Shown: one piece after another, positions 11,705 through 24,241 of the stretch
How the letters are laid out: the number at the start of each line of letters is the position of its first letter
How positions within the stretch are numbered: the stretch's first letter is position 1
Origin: Orbicella franksi
Taxonomy: Eukaryota
Length of the DNA stretch: 64,000 bases
Direction of reading: 5' to 3'
Assembly (NCBI GenBank): GCA_964199315.1
Contig: OZ116707.1
Location: 8,742,001-8,806,000 of the forward strand
Made by a program: the position numbers and the translations under genes
The notes under the pieces: model-generated
Told to the model about the DNA's origin: nothing
Seen by the model: only the letters and a program-made list of their open reading frames with translations
Database searches by the model: none

Positions 11705-13810
11705 CTTAACCCCGCTTATCAGTCGTGTTTAACATAAAGTGAACTTGGGGTGTATAGTACAAGTCTGTGTATGTACTTTATATCGCTTAGTAGTTTAAAA
11801 TCATGAAATTAGTCGCGTTTTTCAGTTGTGTCTAAAATAAAGTGAACTTGGGGTGTATAGTAGAAATCTGTGTATGTAGTGTCTCGCTTAGTAGTTTAAA
11901 TCACGAAATTAGCCCCGCTTTTCAGTCGTGTTTAAAATAAAGTGAACTTGGGGTGTATAGTAGAAATCTGTGTATGTACTTTATATGGTTTAGTAGTTGA
12001 AAATCAGGAAATTAACCTCGCTTTTCAGTCGTGTTTAACATAAAGTGAACTTGGGGTGTAGAGTAGAAGTCTATGTATGTACCTTCCTCGCTTAGTAGTT
12101 TAAAATCACTAAATTAACCACACTTTTCAGTCGTGTTTAACATAAAGTGAACTTGGGGTGTATAGTACAAGTCTGTGTATGTACTTTGTATCGTTTAGTA
12201 GTTTAAAATCACGAAATTAGCCCCGCTTTTCAGTCGTGTTTAAAATAAAGTGAACTTGGGGTGTAGAGTAGAAATCTGTGTATGTACTTTATATGGTTTA
12301 GTAGTTGAAAATCAGGAAATTAACCTCGCTTTTCAGTCATGTTTAAAATAAAGTGAACTTCTGGTGTATAGTAGAAATCTGCGTAAGTACTTTATATCTC
12401 TTAGTAGTTGAAAATCACGAAGTTAATCCTGCTTTTCAGTCATGTTTAAAATAAAATGAACTTGGGTTGTATAGTAGAAGTCATTGCATGTACTTTATAT
12501 CGCTTAGTAGTTTAAAATCATGAAGTTAACCTGGCTTTTCAGTCGTGTTTAAAATAAAGTGAACTTGGGGTGTATAGTAGAAATCTGTGTATGTACTTTA
12601 TATCTCTTAGTAGTTGAAAATCACAAAATTAACCCCGCTTTTCAGTCGTGTTTAAAATAAAGTGAACTTCTGGTGTATAGTAGAAATCTGCGTAAGTACT
12701 TTATATCTCTTAGTAGTTGAAAATCACGAAGTTAATCCTGCTTTTCAGTCATGTTTAAAATAAAATGAACTTGGGTTTTATAGTAGAAGTCATTGCATGT
12801 ACTTTATATTGCTTAGTAGTTGAATATCACGAAGTTAACCCCACTTTTCAGTCATGTTTAAAATAAAGTGAACTTGGGGTGTATAGTAGAAATCTGTGTA
12901 TGTACTTTATATGGTTTAGTAGTTGAAAATCAGGAAATTAACCTCGCTTTTCAGTGGTGTTTAACATAAAGTGAACTTGGGGTGTAGAGTAGAAGTCTGT
13001 GTATGTACCTTATATCACTTAGTAGTTTACAATCACTAAATTAACCACGCTTTTCAGTCGTGTTTAAAATAAAGTGAACTTGGGGTGTATACTACAAGTC
13101 TGTGTATGTACTTTATATCTCTTAGTAGTTTAAAATCACGAAGTTAACCTCGCTTTTCAGTTGTGTTTAAAATAAAGTGAACTTGGGGTGTATAGTAGAA
13201 ATCTGTGTATGTACTTTATATCTTTAAAATATCTTTAAAATTCTACTCATCATGTACAAGGCCCTAAACGATCTGGCACCTTCATACGTTCGTGATCTTC
13301 TCACTCCTTACACTCCGTCTCGTCAGCTACGTTCATCTTCTAAAGAACTTCTTTCCATTCCGCACTTCAATTTGAAAACATATGGCGCAAGATCTTTCTC
13401 TGTAGCAGCTCCTACACTTTGGAACACTCTTCCATCTGACATCAAGAACAGCTCCTCAGTGTCCCTTTTTAAACATAAACTAAAAACGTTCCTTTTTAAG
13501 AAAGCATTTTTATAACTTTTTAGCGACATTTTTTTATTTTTACTTTATTTGTCTTAAGTGTTTTTAATATTTCTAACTGTAAAGCGCTTTTGAACTTTTA
13601 GGATATTGGCGCTATATAAATATTTTATTATTATTTATTTATTATCTCTTAGTAGTTGAAAATCAGGAAGTTAACCCCGCTTTTCAGTCGTGTTTAAAAT
13701 AAAGTAAACTTGGGGTGTATAGTAGAAATCCGTATGTGTACTTTATATCGCTTAGTTGTTTAAAATCACAAAATTAACCTCACTTTTCAGTCATGGTTCA
13801 AATTCAGTAA
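11705..13810. repeat. ~103-bp tandem satellite, about 16-17 units, with trimeric higher-order structure
   Basis: AAAGTGAACTTGGGGTGTATAGTAGAAATCTG recurs at 11736, 11839, 11939, 12042, 12144, 12247, 12350 and onward (period 100-103). Confidence 0.95.
13225..13644 (+). mobile_element. 5'-truncated L2/CR1-clade LINE inserted in the satellite
   Basis: YKALNDLAPSY...LRSS...YGARSFSVAAPTLWNTLP...FKHKLKTFLF is the RT C-terminus; 3' UTR TGTAAAGCGC...GCGCTATATAAAT and (TAT)n tail, after which the satellite resumes in register. Confidence 0.9.
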
Positions 13811-14829
13811 CATTGAGATGTACAGTAGAAATCTCCTATCGATTCATCCCCATTTGGATATTACCTCTCAGTGTGACAATGGTAACAAAGGCCTGGCTGT
13901 AAACTTGTCATGAGAAAAGTGAGGGGGTGGTCTAATTTTTTAAGCATTTAACGAAACACCTTATAATTTTGGGATATCTTTAGGGGCACGAATTTCGGCA
14001 ACTTAAATATTTCCTGGTCTCATGTATTGTCACGTGACCTGTCAGGGCTATTTATAGCTCATTTCTTTTTAGCAAAATGGCACCACTTTTTACAGTATCT
14101 AGGAAACTGGCATTAGTGTTATAGTGTTAAGACTATTATAAGTTTTATTTCTGTGTCTGAGCTTGTTGAGATTTTTTAAAACAAAAGCAGAAAATAAGAA
14201 TTTACTTTCATTGGGGGACTGGGCACTAGTATAAAAAGCCGTTTATTTTCAAAAATAATGAAAAATTTAACAAAGTCCGAGCAACAATACTTTGTTCATA
14301 ACCTTTTGAGCTATCCAGGGGCATTCAAGTTGAATGATTGCTGAAGTACAATGGTGCCATTTTCGCTCAAAGGTTTTTTTGGAAGATTCTGGCTGTCAGA
14401 ACCTAATAGTCTGGAAAAGGTTCAGGTTGGTGTAGTCAAAGCCTTAGAAGATAGACCACCCCCCTAATTTGTGGGTGCAATAAAGTGAGAGCCTAGTAAT
14501 GTTTTGAAATTTTAAAGTAAGGGTACGGAAAAAGTCAGCATGTTATGTTAGGAGCCTGGGCACTAATATAATGCCATTTATTTTGGTCTCAAACAAATTT
14601 CAATTCAACCAGGGCCAAAAAGCTTAGATTTAACCTTTTGGATTTATGTTGTAGTATTGAAGTCAACCAAGAGTTGATGTATTCTGGTTCCATTTTAATC
14701 AAACGTTCTGGCCTGAACTTCTCAAGTACGTGGCACATCAACAAAGTTTGTGATACGGTATTCCATAAATGCTGTGGCTCGTTACGCCCTAAACATGTTT
14801 GGTGCTTACTGCTGAATGCAGATTACACC

Positions 14830-15078
14830 TTCTGATAAAAAACATAAGTTGACATTAAACAGTATTCCGTCTGACAATCCAGTCGCCCTCAAATTCACGA
14901 TCGCAATAGAATTAAAAGGGCTGGTTTTTGCAGAGGGCGGAAAACCAGTGAACCCTGAGAAAAACCTCAGAACAAGTATGGGAACCATGCAACAACAAAT
15001 ACAACCCACCTATGAAACTGGTTCTGGAATTCAAACCCAGGCTACTTTGGCGGTTGTTGAGTGCTTGCACCACCTTGA
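14830..15078 (-). mobile_element. SINE-like repeat
   Basis: GGAAAACCAGTGAACCCTGAGAAAAACC...CAACCCAC...GAATTCAAACCCAGG is the reverse complement of a tRNA-head SINE pattern. Confidence 0.55.
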
Positions 15079-15180
15079 ATCCCCCACCGATAAAAGAACC
15101 ATTCTGTATCTTTGTAGCTTTGTCTCCATTATTTAATTCCTGAATTAACTTTTTTTTAAAACCAAACGGACTTTCAGCTA

Positions 15181-18100
15181 ACCTCCAAGCTTGTCTTTTC
15201 TTTTATTGGTATGCTCTTCCGTCGCTCAGTTACCAGCAGCTTGGAACTTGGCTTGATTGAACTGTTTTGACTATCGTTTAGAGGTGTCACATTTTCATTT
15301 AGTACCGCAGCTTCGCTTTCTTTGAAACAAGATGTTGATGAAAATGTAGTTAAGGGGCATCGTAAGTTCAAACACAAAGTACGGTCTCATCACCTCATTA
15401 AGCAATCATATAAGAAATATATAAAAAAGGTAATCACTGTTTAGAAAAAGATGTTCTATGTAAAATCTGCCCGAAGTTAGTTAGCGCCACCATTACAAGC
15501 CCTTACCATGAGAAGTCGGGTGTATTCTCTTAAAAAAAAGCAATCTTTCGAATCAAATATAGAGTGCTTATCAAATGCCAAAAGACGTAACAATCAAAGC
15601 AAATGTCAATTTTCTTTAATGAACTGTTTACTAATTTACATCAAGTGAAATGTTGTCTCTTTTCCAAGCTACTTATTTATTACCAGTACACTCGAATTTC
15701 TGCTACTGATTTCATAACAGGTCTGACCTTGCGTGATTCAGTCTTGAACCAAATACCTTAACATAGCATATGGCATAAACCCGTTTTCCATTTATAAACT
15801 GTGATCATCAAAAAGGCACGTTCAGTACATGAGTACATGTGTTTGTATGGTACTATAAATCTACTATGAATACAGCAGCACCCCAATGAAGGTGCCCATT
15901 TAAGCTTTAATTTCATGTTTAGATTTTTTCGATTTTGTGCATTGTTCAATCGTTATAAATCGTAATCAGCTATAACTTTTTTTAGGTAGACACGGTTACA
16001 GTAAATTAACAACGTTTTTAAGACTGTTGTGTGCTAGGCAAATAGCACCACTTAACGTAGCAAAGAAGTTGCTATATTGTGGCAAGAGATAATCTTTTGA
16101 TTGTGGACAAATCATAAATGAAAATATCGTAACAAGCCATATTTATTATCCACTTATCCATTTATTATTTCATGACCTTTAACAATGATCCTCTTTGTCT
16201 TGCTTTTGTCTCTTTGTTTTAGAATAAAGTGTTAAAGGCCCTTCAAAATGTGGACGAAGGACATATTCTACCACTAGGTAGCCTTAATCCTCCCCCTTAA
16301 TTGCCTGTCACGGGAGACTAACGTATGCGGGCTTACATCTCTATCTGGATGTAGAGGATCCTTTAACACCTCTACCTCCTTACTGAAATGCTGCTTTTCT
16401 CCTCTCTTGCTTAGATACTGCTCGGGCCAGGCAACAAAACTGCTGCTCTCCACCTCGCCCGAGTGGGTTGGATATTCCAGCCACGGTCTGATGGAAGGTA
16501 GAATTTCAGTGACCATGAGAGGAACCCAACCTTGCAGAATGTCTCTGCCGTGGACTTTTTCTTGGGATGTTACTGTCGCCTCTCCCACCGCACAGCTCTC
16601 TTGGTCAAGCATGTGAACCAGATCACCTAAAATAAAAACATTTACACAGGGCTGTTATTGTACTATAGTACAACCCATATTTTGGTTTCTGTTGTAACAA
16701 GAAAATACGTTCGCAAATATCGGAGTGCTCATATTAGACGGATTAATTAGGAGAGAACGTATGGGTTAGCACCAGGAAAACTGTGTGTAATTAGCATGTT
16801 TTGTTTTTCGTTCTAAGCAGATGTCATTAAGGTTGTTTTTGACTGTATATATGACATTTTTTGACAACAACAACAAAACGAAATACTTCCATTTATTTCC
16901 CCTTCGACCCGTGAGCATGAAATATATCAAGCCTGACTGGTAATCAGCAGGCAAAGTAAACACAGGGGACTAACCTTCTCTAAGTGCATGAGGACCAGGA
17001 ACGTTTGAGTCTACATGTGCAATAATTCCTTTAGGTTTTCATGTTCCGTTGAGCCTGAACATATAATGGAGAAGGCAAAAAGAAATAATACATAAGAAAT
17101 CTTTCATAAGAAACTTTGAAATGTAAGATCTTATTATGGACACCAAAAATTACGCCTTTTAGTTATGAGGTAGGATACTTCCTTTAAGCCAGTACGTACC
17201 TGGTACATCAGAAGCGATTGAGCTGTCTTCTTTCCTCTTGGAGCCCCTAGCCTTGGTAATTGTTGCTTCTATCTTTGGCATTTGAACTGTTAAAAATTTA
17301 ATAATTTGAACTGTTACAAACATTTTAGAGTGATTAACCGAGATGAATGTACTCTCTTTCTAACTATGGCAAAACAAGCGAAAGTCAACTGCACTTCAGA
17401 AGGCATCTATTGAACACCCTGTATAAAATTATAGAAGAGTTGCAAGATTGCTCATCAAAGACACTATAGGCCAGCTTGTACGCACCTGATTCACTGGGAA
17501 TGTCACTGCAAGCACCTGAACTGGTTTTCTTTCCCTTCGATGTGGTGGGAGTATTTTCATCCATTTGTGCTTTGGCTAAAACAATCCACATACAAATAAG
17601 TAATACAGGCAATGTACACAAATGTGTTCTTTAGAAGCCAGAGGAAACTAAAGTAAAGAGAAATTAATTTTCATTTTGATTTATTGTACTTTTTTAAGGG
17701 AGTTTTCATATATAGGGTTAACATCTTAACTTCCTTTTCTAGAGGCATCTTCCTTTTTTTCCCTTATTTTTATTTTAAATTGTATTCATAGTTTGCTTCC
17801 CGAATATGTATGTAACTCTGAATTGACATGAACTACCCTGAGCGCTGCCACTAAAAATTCTCACAGAGAAAAGTACAAATATAAACAGATGATGATCGTC
17901 TTTAATTCAATACTATTTTTATTTGTTATTTACGGGTTGGTACATACTAGCCATGGTAAACAAATCATACTCACCGAGTTTGTTTACCATGGCAGAAACA
18001 ACGAAGTTGGTTAACGTCTTGTCTTCGGCGAGATCTGCCATTTGCGGTGAATACAGTCGCTGACGTTGAGCCCCGCAAAGCCTATCCAAATGGATTGACA

Positions 18101-19382
18101 ACCCAGTTCGTCAAGTTTCTGCATCTGTCATAGTAACGTGTAACTTATGTGAGTATCGAGGAAGTAAGCAAAGACCGTATAATTGTAAAGACATATCCAG
18201 AAGAAACATTTCCTTTCTCCTAAATATACTGGTTAAATACGAACTATGGAGGGACGATTATTTTAGCACTGGAATCATCGGGGGTACCATCCATGGAAGC
18301 TGATCTACTTGTTTTAGTACTCAGTTGGTCTCAATTAACTCTCCTACCTACTCAAACTTGTTCTTGGTTACCTTTATGTCTATTACAACGCGTGCTTGAC
18401 CTCAATAAACACGACACATTTTCCAGGAATCAACTAGTGCTAGGATCATCTTCCTTTCGTGTGACATGGACTTAATAGGAGAGAGTGGATCACAGACATA
18501 TGCTTATCTCAACATGCGCAATAACTGTATCCTTACATTTGCATGTATGTTGGAAACAATTTTTCGGACCAGTTTGGTATGAGAAACTGCAGATTCTTTA
18601 ACTTGGTTGTTGCTGTTTGCATCATCTGCCCTTTTCTGATACATTTCACGCTCCTTAGCATCAAGACTCTGGTATGCCACATTGCCTCTCCTTTGTAGCT
18701 CTGCCACGCTTACCCCTTCTGCCATCATTGTTTTGGCTAGTTGAGATAAAGTAGTGGGATTAGCTCTCGAACCTTTTCAGCCCAAAAGCCCACAAGAAAA
18801 TTAAACAAACAGCATGACCACTTACCCTCCTTTCCCAAAAACTCACTCTTGAAGATAGAGAAAGCCGATTTCTTTCTTAGCTTTCCCTCGATGTAAGTTT
18901 TCGCCTCCCTAGCTGGTGGCTTGCTTCTTTCACTGCGAGGCCTCTCCTTTTTTTTCATTCCCAATCCAGTTCTGCCACGCAGAAAGTGAAATTTAGATTG
19001 TGTGCTGATAAAGCAAATGAAATCAATGCTACCAAGACCCTTTACATTGTAACACTACAACTCAGTATAACAAAAAGAAAAACACAATTTTCTAACAAAA
19101 ATGATTCATAACGTAAACTTCCACTGATTTATTACGTTTAATTCTCGACTGGATTTAACATGTAACTCCCTTTTTAATAGCCAGCAAGAAGGAATAAGCT
19201 TTACTTAAAATAGATCAATATTTTGTACAGTAATGGTTAACAACCTCTATCACTTTTTCATCAAGACCTGTGGACTCGACAGCCTCCATGATCAACTCCC
19301 TGTTGGACATAGTTGTCATGCTGCCCAGCCACAGTACTTTCAGTTTTCCAAGCTGATCGACACTAAGTTTGTTGCGTGACAT
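15181..19382 (-). pseudogene. Multi-exon homeodomain-like + HMG-box protein with a C-terminal domain resembling transposon-associated DUF8039; at least two frameshifts
   Basis: Exon 19382-19245 (MSRNKLSVDQLGKLKVLW...TGLDEKVIE) splices in phase to 18971 NWIGNE (homeodomain helix-3 W..N); then RKKSAFSIFKSEF and AELQRRGNVAYQSLDAKEREMYQKRA (HMG box); further exons at ~18105-17931, ~17590-17515, ~17290-17205, ~16970-16890 and from 16627 (KVHGRDILQGWVPLMV...SSFVAWPEQYL). The last exon (~15320-15181) is tentative. Confidence 0.6.
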
Positions 19383-19473
19383 CTAATAAAAGTTTACAGT
19401 TTATAGGTTATAACAAGCAACTACATATCCATCAATAATTCCTTGACAGTTTCGAAGTAATACTCTGAGTTGC

Positions 19474-20396
19474 ATGTGATGTAGTTGTATGCCACTAATT
19501 ATTGGTTTGTATGTGATGTAGTTGTATGCCACTAATTAGTGGTTTGTATGCGATGTAGTTGTATGCCACTAATTATTGGTTTGTATGTGTTGTAGTTGTA
19601 TGCCACTAATTAGTGGTTTGTATGTGTTGTAGTTGTATGCCACTAATTATTGGTTTGTATGTGTTGTAGTTGTATGCCACTAATTAGTGGTTTGTATGTG
19701 TTGTAGTTGTATGCCACTAATTATTGGTTTGTATGTGTTGTAGTTGTATGCCACTAATTAGTGGTTTGTTTGTGTTGTAGTTGTATGCCACTAATTATTG
19801 GTTTGTATGTGTTGTAGTTGTATGCCACTAATCATTGGTTTGTATGTGACGTGGTTGTATGCCACTAATTAGTGGTTTGTATGTGATGTAGTTGCAGCCA
19901 CTAATTATTGGTTTGTATGTTGTAGTTGTATGCCACTAATTAGTGCTTTGTATGTGTTGTAATTGTATGCCACTAATTATTGGTTTGTATGTGTTGTAGT
20001 TGTATGCCACTTATTATTGGTTTGTATGTGTTATAGTTGTATGCCACTAATTAGTGGTTTGTATGTGTTGTAGTTGTATGCCACTAATTAGTGGTTTGTA
20101 TGTGTTATAGTTGTATGCCACTAATTATTGGTTTGTATGTGATGTAGTTGTATGACAGTAATTAGTGGTTTGCATGTGTTGTAGTTGTATGCCACTAATT
20201 AGTGGTTTGTATGTGTTGTAGTTGTATGCCACTTATTAGTGATTTGTATGTGTTGTAGTTGTATGGCACTAATTATTGGTTTGTATGTGACTTGGTTGTA
20301 TGCCACTAATTAGTGGTTTGTATGTGATGTAGTTGTATGCCACTAATTATTGGTTTGTATTTGTTGTAGTTGTATGCCACTAATTATTGGTTTGTG
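19474..20396. repeat. 37-bp minisatellite, about 25 copies
   Basis: Unit CCACTAATTA(T/G)TGGTTTGTATGTG(T/A)TGTAGTTGTATG, starts at 19492 and 19529 (period 37); ATTATT and ATTAGT variants often alternate. Confidence 0.95.
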
Positions 20397-21989
20397 TCGA
20401 TCGATGAACTCGTTCTGATTTTACTCTCGACTGTGGTTGTTGTTAGTTTAAAGCATGTACTGACAGTAGAATATGCGAGTGAGGATGCAGATGTAATGAG
20501 CTCCAATATATGAAGTTAAGCTAAAGCTAAAGGTCTAAGGTTTACTGCTTCTATTTGAGATCGATTGATGAATGACCATAAACACATGCACGCACTCACT
20601 AAGTGTAAATACACCGGTCACTGAAATAATCTCTGAAGTAAGAGCGTTTGCAAACACTTACCTTTACACTGACTGATTTAAGAAGCGTCGTTAATTAAAA
20701 ACACAACTGGAACAGCGATTTGTTCACAGATGCAAATGACTTTTAGAAGAATAATCCCAGATTGAGCCCAAATGCAAATGATCGAGCAAACGCATTGTGT
20801 TGCCCAAATCATTACCCACCCTCCCAACCTAGAAAAGTAATTGCCTTGAATGTTATTCATTTACAATGCATTAGTTTACTTTGATACAACGTCTAACAAT
20901 TCCATTAGTTAGTGCGTTACAACGTGCGGAACGGTTGGTCGTGGATACACACTGACGAGCAATACTGCTAGCCATGATAACCATGAGAAAATCAATTCAT
21001 GGGTTTCCTTTACTTTTTTATATGAGTATGGGGCTCCGCTGGAGCTTTGTTATTAAAATGACTGCAAAATTTGCATCGCTTGCCCCAGGGCCCCATAATA
21101 CAGCCGAAAACAAGGCCGCTTCAGGACATAAAACCAATATGGCGGCACCAAGAAGCCTTTGCAGACTTTTCATACACCATTTTGAAAAAAACTTTATGCA
21201 TGGTCTCCACAAGCAAGGGGTGGTCCGGCCCCACTGACTCTTCAACAAACAGAGAGGAGGAGAAGCAGCAAGACTTTGTGTGGAAACCTACACTAGTCAT
21301 CCTCATTGGCACAAAAGAAGATCTTGTTGCATCCCTTAATGGCTTAGAGCAGCAGCTATTTAAAAGGTACTGTGATAAATTGCCCAAGACAAAACAAATC
21401 GATGGTGAATAAAATTAGTCCTTAAATTTTAAGGGTTACAGTTTAGTTAAATGGCTGCATGCATTATGATCTTTATTACATAGTTGTAGTTAGTTTAAAA
21501 TAGAGCACAAAGCCATTTTGTTAGTTGACCAAGGAATTCTCAGTTCCCATAACCATGTAAGTACTACCAACTGACTTATCTTTTAACAGCTAAGACCACG
21601 AAAGCTGGGCAAGTCGTAACCAAAGAGAACAAAGGTACGTACGTAGTTAACATTGCTGCAATGTTTTGAACAAGCACAAAGCCATTTTGTTAGTTGACCA
21701 AGAAATTCTTAGTTCCCATGACCATGCAATCTTTATAGTTTTTAAACAGCTACGCCTCCTTCTCCCAAGGCGAAAAAAAACTGGTGCTTCTAATTCTTTT
21801 TATTTTTCACTTGAGAATGCACTTGACCAATAGGAAATGGGAGCCAACTGAAAGCGATGTGCAGCGTTGCTAAAATTTCTATGAACGAACCTATACTGGT
21901 AAACAACTTACGTGAATTTCATATTCATGGACAGCCTAAAACATGGCTTTTAATATCATCTGACACCAAATGCTCTTCTGCAAATTACA

Positions 21990-22520
21990 AACCAGCTGCT
22001 ACGGCTTCAAGTTTCAACAAGGTCATCTCTTTGCATCAGAACAACTCTGTTCAACATTGGATGAGTCACATGGAAATGCATTTTCTAGGTTAGCTAAAGC
22101 CCTACAGCAATTTCTTTGCTGAAAACCACATTGTTGAGCCATTCTAGAGAAATACAGAAGATGTCGCTTGTTCCTTTGTGTTGCTGCTATTGCTTTGCTG
22201 CTCTTCACCAACAAAGCAACTATATGCATTTCTTCAATTTTTACTGCCAACAATCGCTTTTGTGATATGTATTAGTGATTTTGCTGCAAAATTGTTTCAA
22301 GTAATATACTTTGTCATCAGGTGTGAAGCCAAGTTTTCTTAAGTGGGATTTGAGTTTTTTAAGTGCACTTGAGTGAAGTGCTCACATGAGACCAACTTGG
22401 CTTCTAGTGTGAAGTCAAGGAATGGCCCTTAAAGTGCAGTCTCCATCTCCGATGATTGGGTCTTTCTCCATATCGAAACACACAAGGTCTCTTTGAAGTG
22501 AATTGATCGCAAATCTTTAC
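21990..22520 (-). pseudogene. Decayed OTU-like cysteine protease fragment
   Basis: Minus strand gives DMEKDPIIGDGDCTLRAI...LKSHLRKLGFTPD, with many stops and frameshifts downstream. Confidence 0.35.
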
Positions 22521-23629
22521 AGCCCCATAGGTAACTATGTTTTTGTGGATGCCGTATCCTAGACACTGGCATCCTCTTTGCGGTCATGTTGTCATGTAAC
22601 AATAGAAGAAGCTAATCGGGAGCTAATCAGATCACGAGAAACGCAATCAATTTACTGTCAATTACATTTCGAGGTAGCACGAGTTGTTTTCGGTAGTCGG
22701 CCTATTCTACAACTTTGGATGGGTCTCTACGATCGTCAACGATTACAATACGGATAAATCTGATCTTCCAAATATGGTCTGTGATAAATATCCTCAAATG
22801 CTCGGAAATGCTTTGGCTGTCATACCAATGGAAAGACGACAAACAAGTGAAACAAGCCACATATTTTGCTGAGCTCAGGTCAGAAGCGAAGTAGTGAATG
22901 ACGGCGAATTTTGGTAAGTTGATAATGTTTTCTTTGTATTTCACCCACTTAATTAGGCACAGCTTTTGAGAAATGCGTAAATCGTATGTTTGTAAAGAAC
23001 TATTCGATGTTTCATGCACTGTTCGAGATTTTGGAAGAGAGACAGTGGATGAACGGAGGTCTTTGTTTGACAACTATCGAGTGACGCATTTGAAAAATGT
23101 TGTCAAGAGTTCGGCAATCCGCAATGCTTTTAACTGGCCTTTAAGGACAAATGATCTTAATTTATTGTCTTTGTTTGGAAGTGACTGTGCACGACGTGCC
23201 GATTGTCACATCTGTCAAAGTGCTGACCGCGTTGCCACTCAAAAGCACTTGAAATGAGTGCTCTGCACTAATTCTGATTTGAAAATTGTCACTATCTTTT
23301 GGGACACAAAATCTCTTTCGCGAAATTCTCCCGTGTTGCAGGTTTCATGAAAGCTGTGCCTGGTTCTGTACAGTACAATGCAGCTGTTGATTCTGATACA
23401 AAAGTACATAACAATGTATTTAAAACTGTCAGAAGTGTGAAAAACGATGTGCATTTTAGATCACGTTCACCATTCAAGCAGTTAGCAGTAAAATCATGCG
23501 AGCTTAAATCTCGAGATAGAGAACCATCTAGAATTTCATTGCGAACAGTGATTCATTCTTTGAAATTTCGAAAACTGACTAGTTTCTTCTGTAATTCTTT
23601 TTTTTCGATTTAAAAAGTGTATAACATGG

Positions 23630-24241
23630 TTGTTTGCATTTAATGTTTCAAAAAGAAATATTTTACTCTCCAGAGATGTTGAATTAAATCCAAGTCCAGT
23701 TGCAGATGGCAGAATTAGTTCATCAACATTAGTATGCAAAACCACACCTGAATTGCTATTGAGCTCAAGGCTACTAAGACATGAATTAAGACCACTTGAT
23801 GTTGGTGGGGGAGGTGACTGCTTTTTTAAATCAGTATCACACCAGTTATGTGGTGACTCAAACTGTCACTTAGAAATTAGAGCAATGGCTGTCCAGTATT
23901 TGAGAATTAATCCTGAGCAATTTATAGAAAGCAATGTGGATGGATCATGGTTAAGATATTTATCTTGTATGTCTATGCAGGGAACATGGACTGATCACAT
24001 TGTTACACAAGCTGTTGTAGATTCACTGAACTTAAGAATTCATATTGTAGAATCTAATGCAAATTTTTCAGATTTGACCCTGGTTGAACCTATGAATACT
24101 AAGACTGGAAATATAAGGTCTATATATTTAGGTCACATTGGTGAAATGCATTACGTGTCAACTTTACAAGCTGAATTCAGAATTAATTCAACTCAAACTG
24201 GGACTGAAAAGTTTTGTGAAAATCTTGTGACTTTCAAATAA
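23630..24241 (+). pseudogene. Helentron N-terminal segment: 2A-like motif + OTU protease
   Basis: ILLSRDVELNPSP, then DVGGGGDCFFKSVSHQL...YLGHIGEMHYVST (OTU Cys and His motifs). Confidence 0.8.

Noticed and set aside
11705-13810. CRISPR-like or coding repeat
   Set aside because: Contiguous tandem units without unique spacers and no ORF; it is a satellite.
14638-14812. Open minus-strand frame (HLWNTVSQTLLMCHVLEKFRPERL...) as an extra exon of the HD-HMG gene
   Set aside because: The nearest acceptors put a stop in phase and no family is recognisable; unsupported without RNA-seq.
21236-21640. Plus-strand exon-like pieces (QDFVWKPTLVILIG...; KTTKAGQVVTKENK) and a ~55-bp direct repeat at ~21503/21672
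   Set aside because: Too short to assign to any gene or element.
22580-22970. Protein-like fragment WKDDKQVKQATYFAE
   Set aside because: Multiple stops, and no termini or family could be identified; probably a decayed interspersed repeat.
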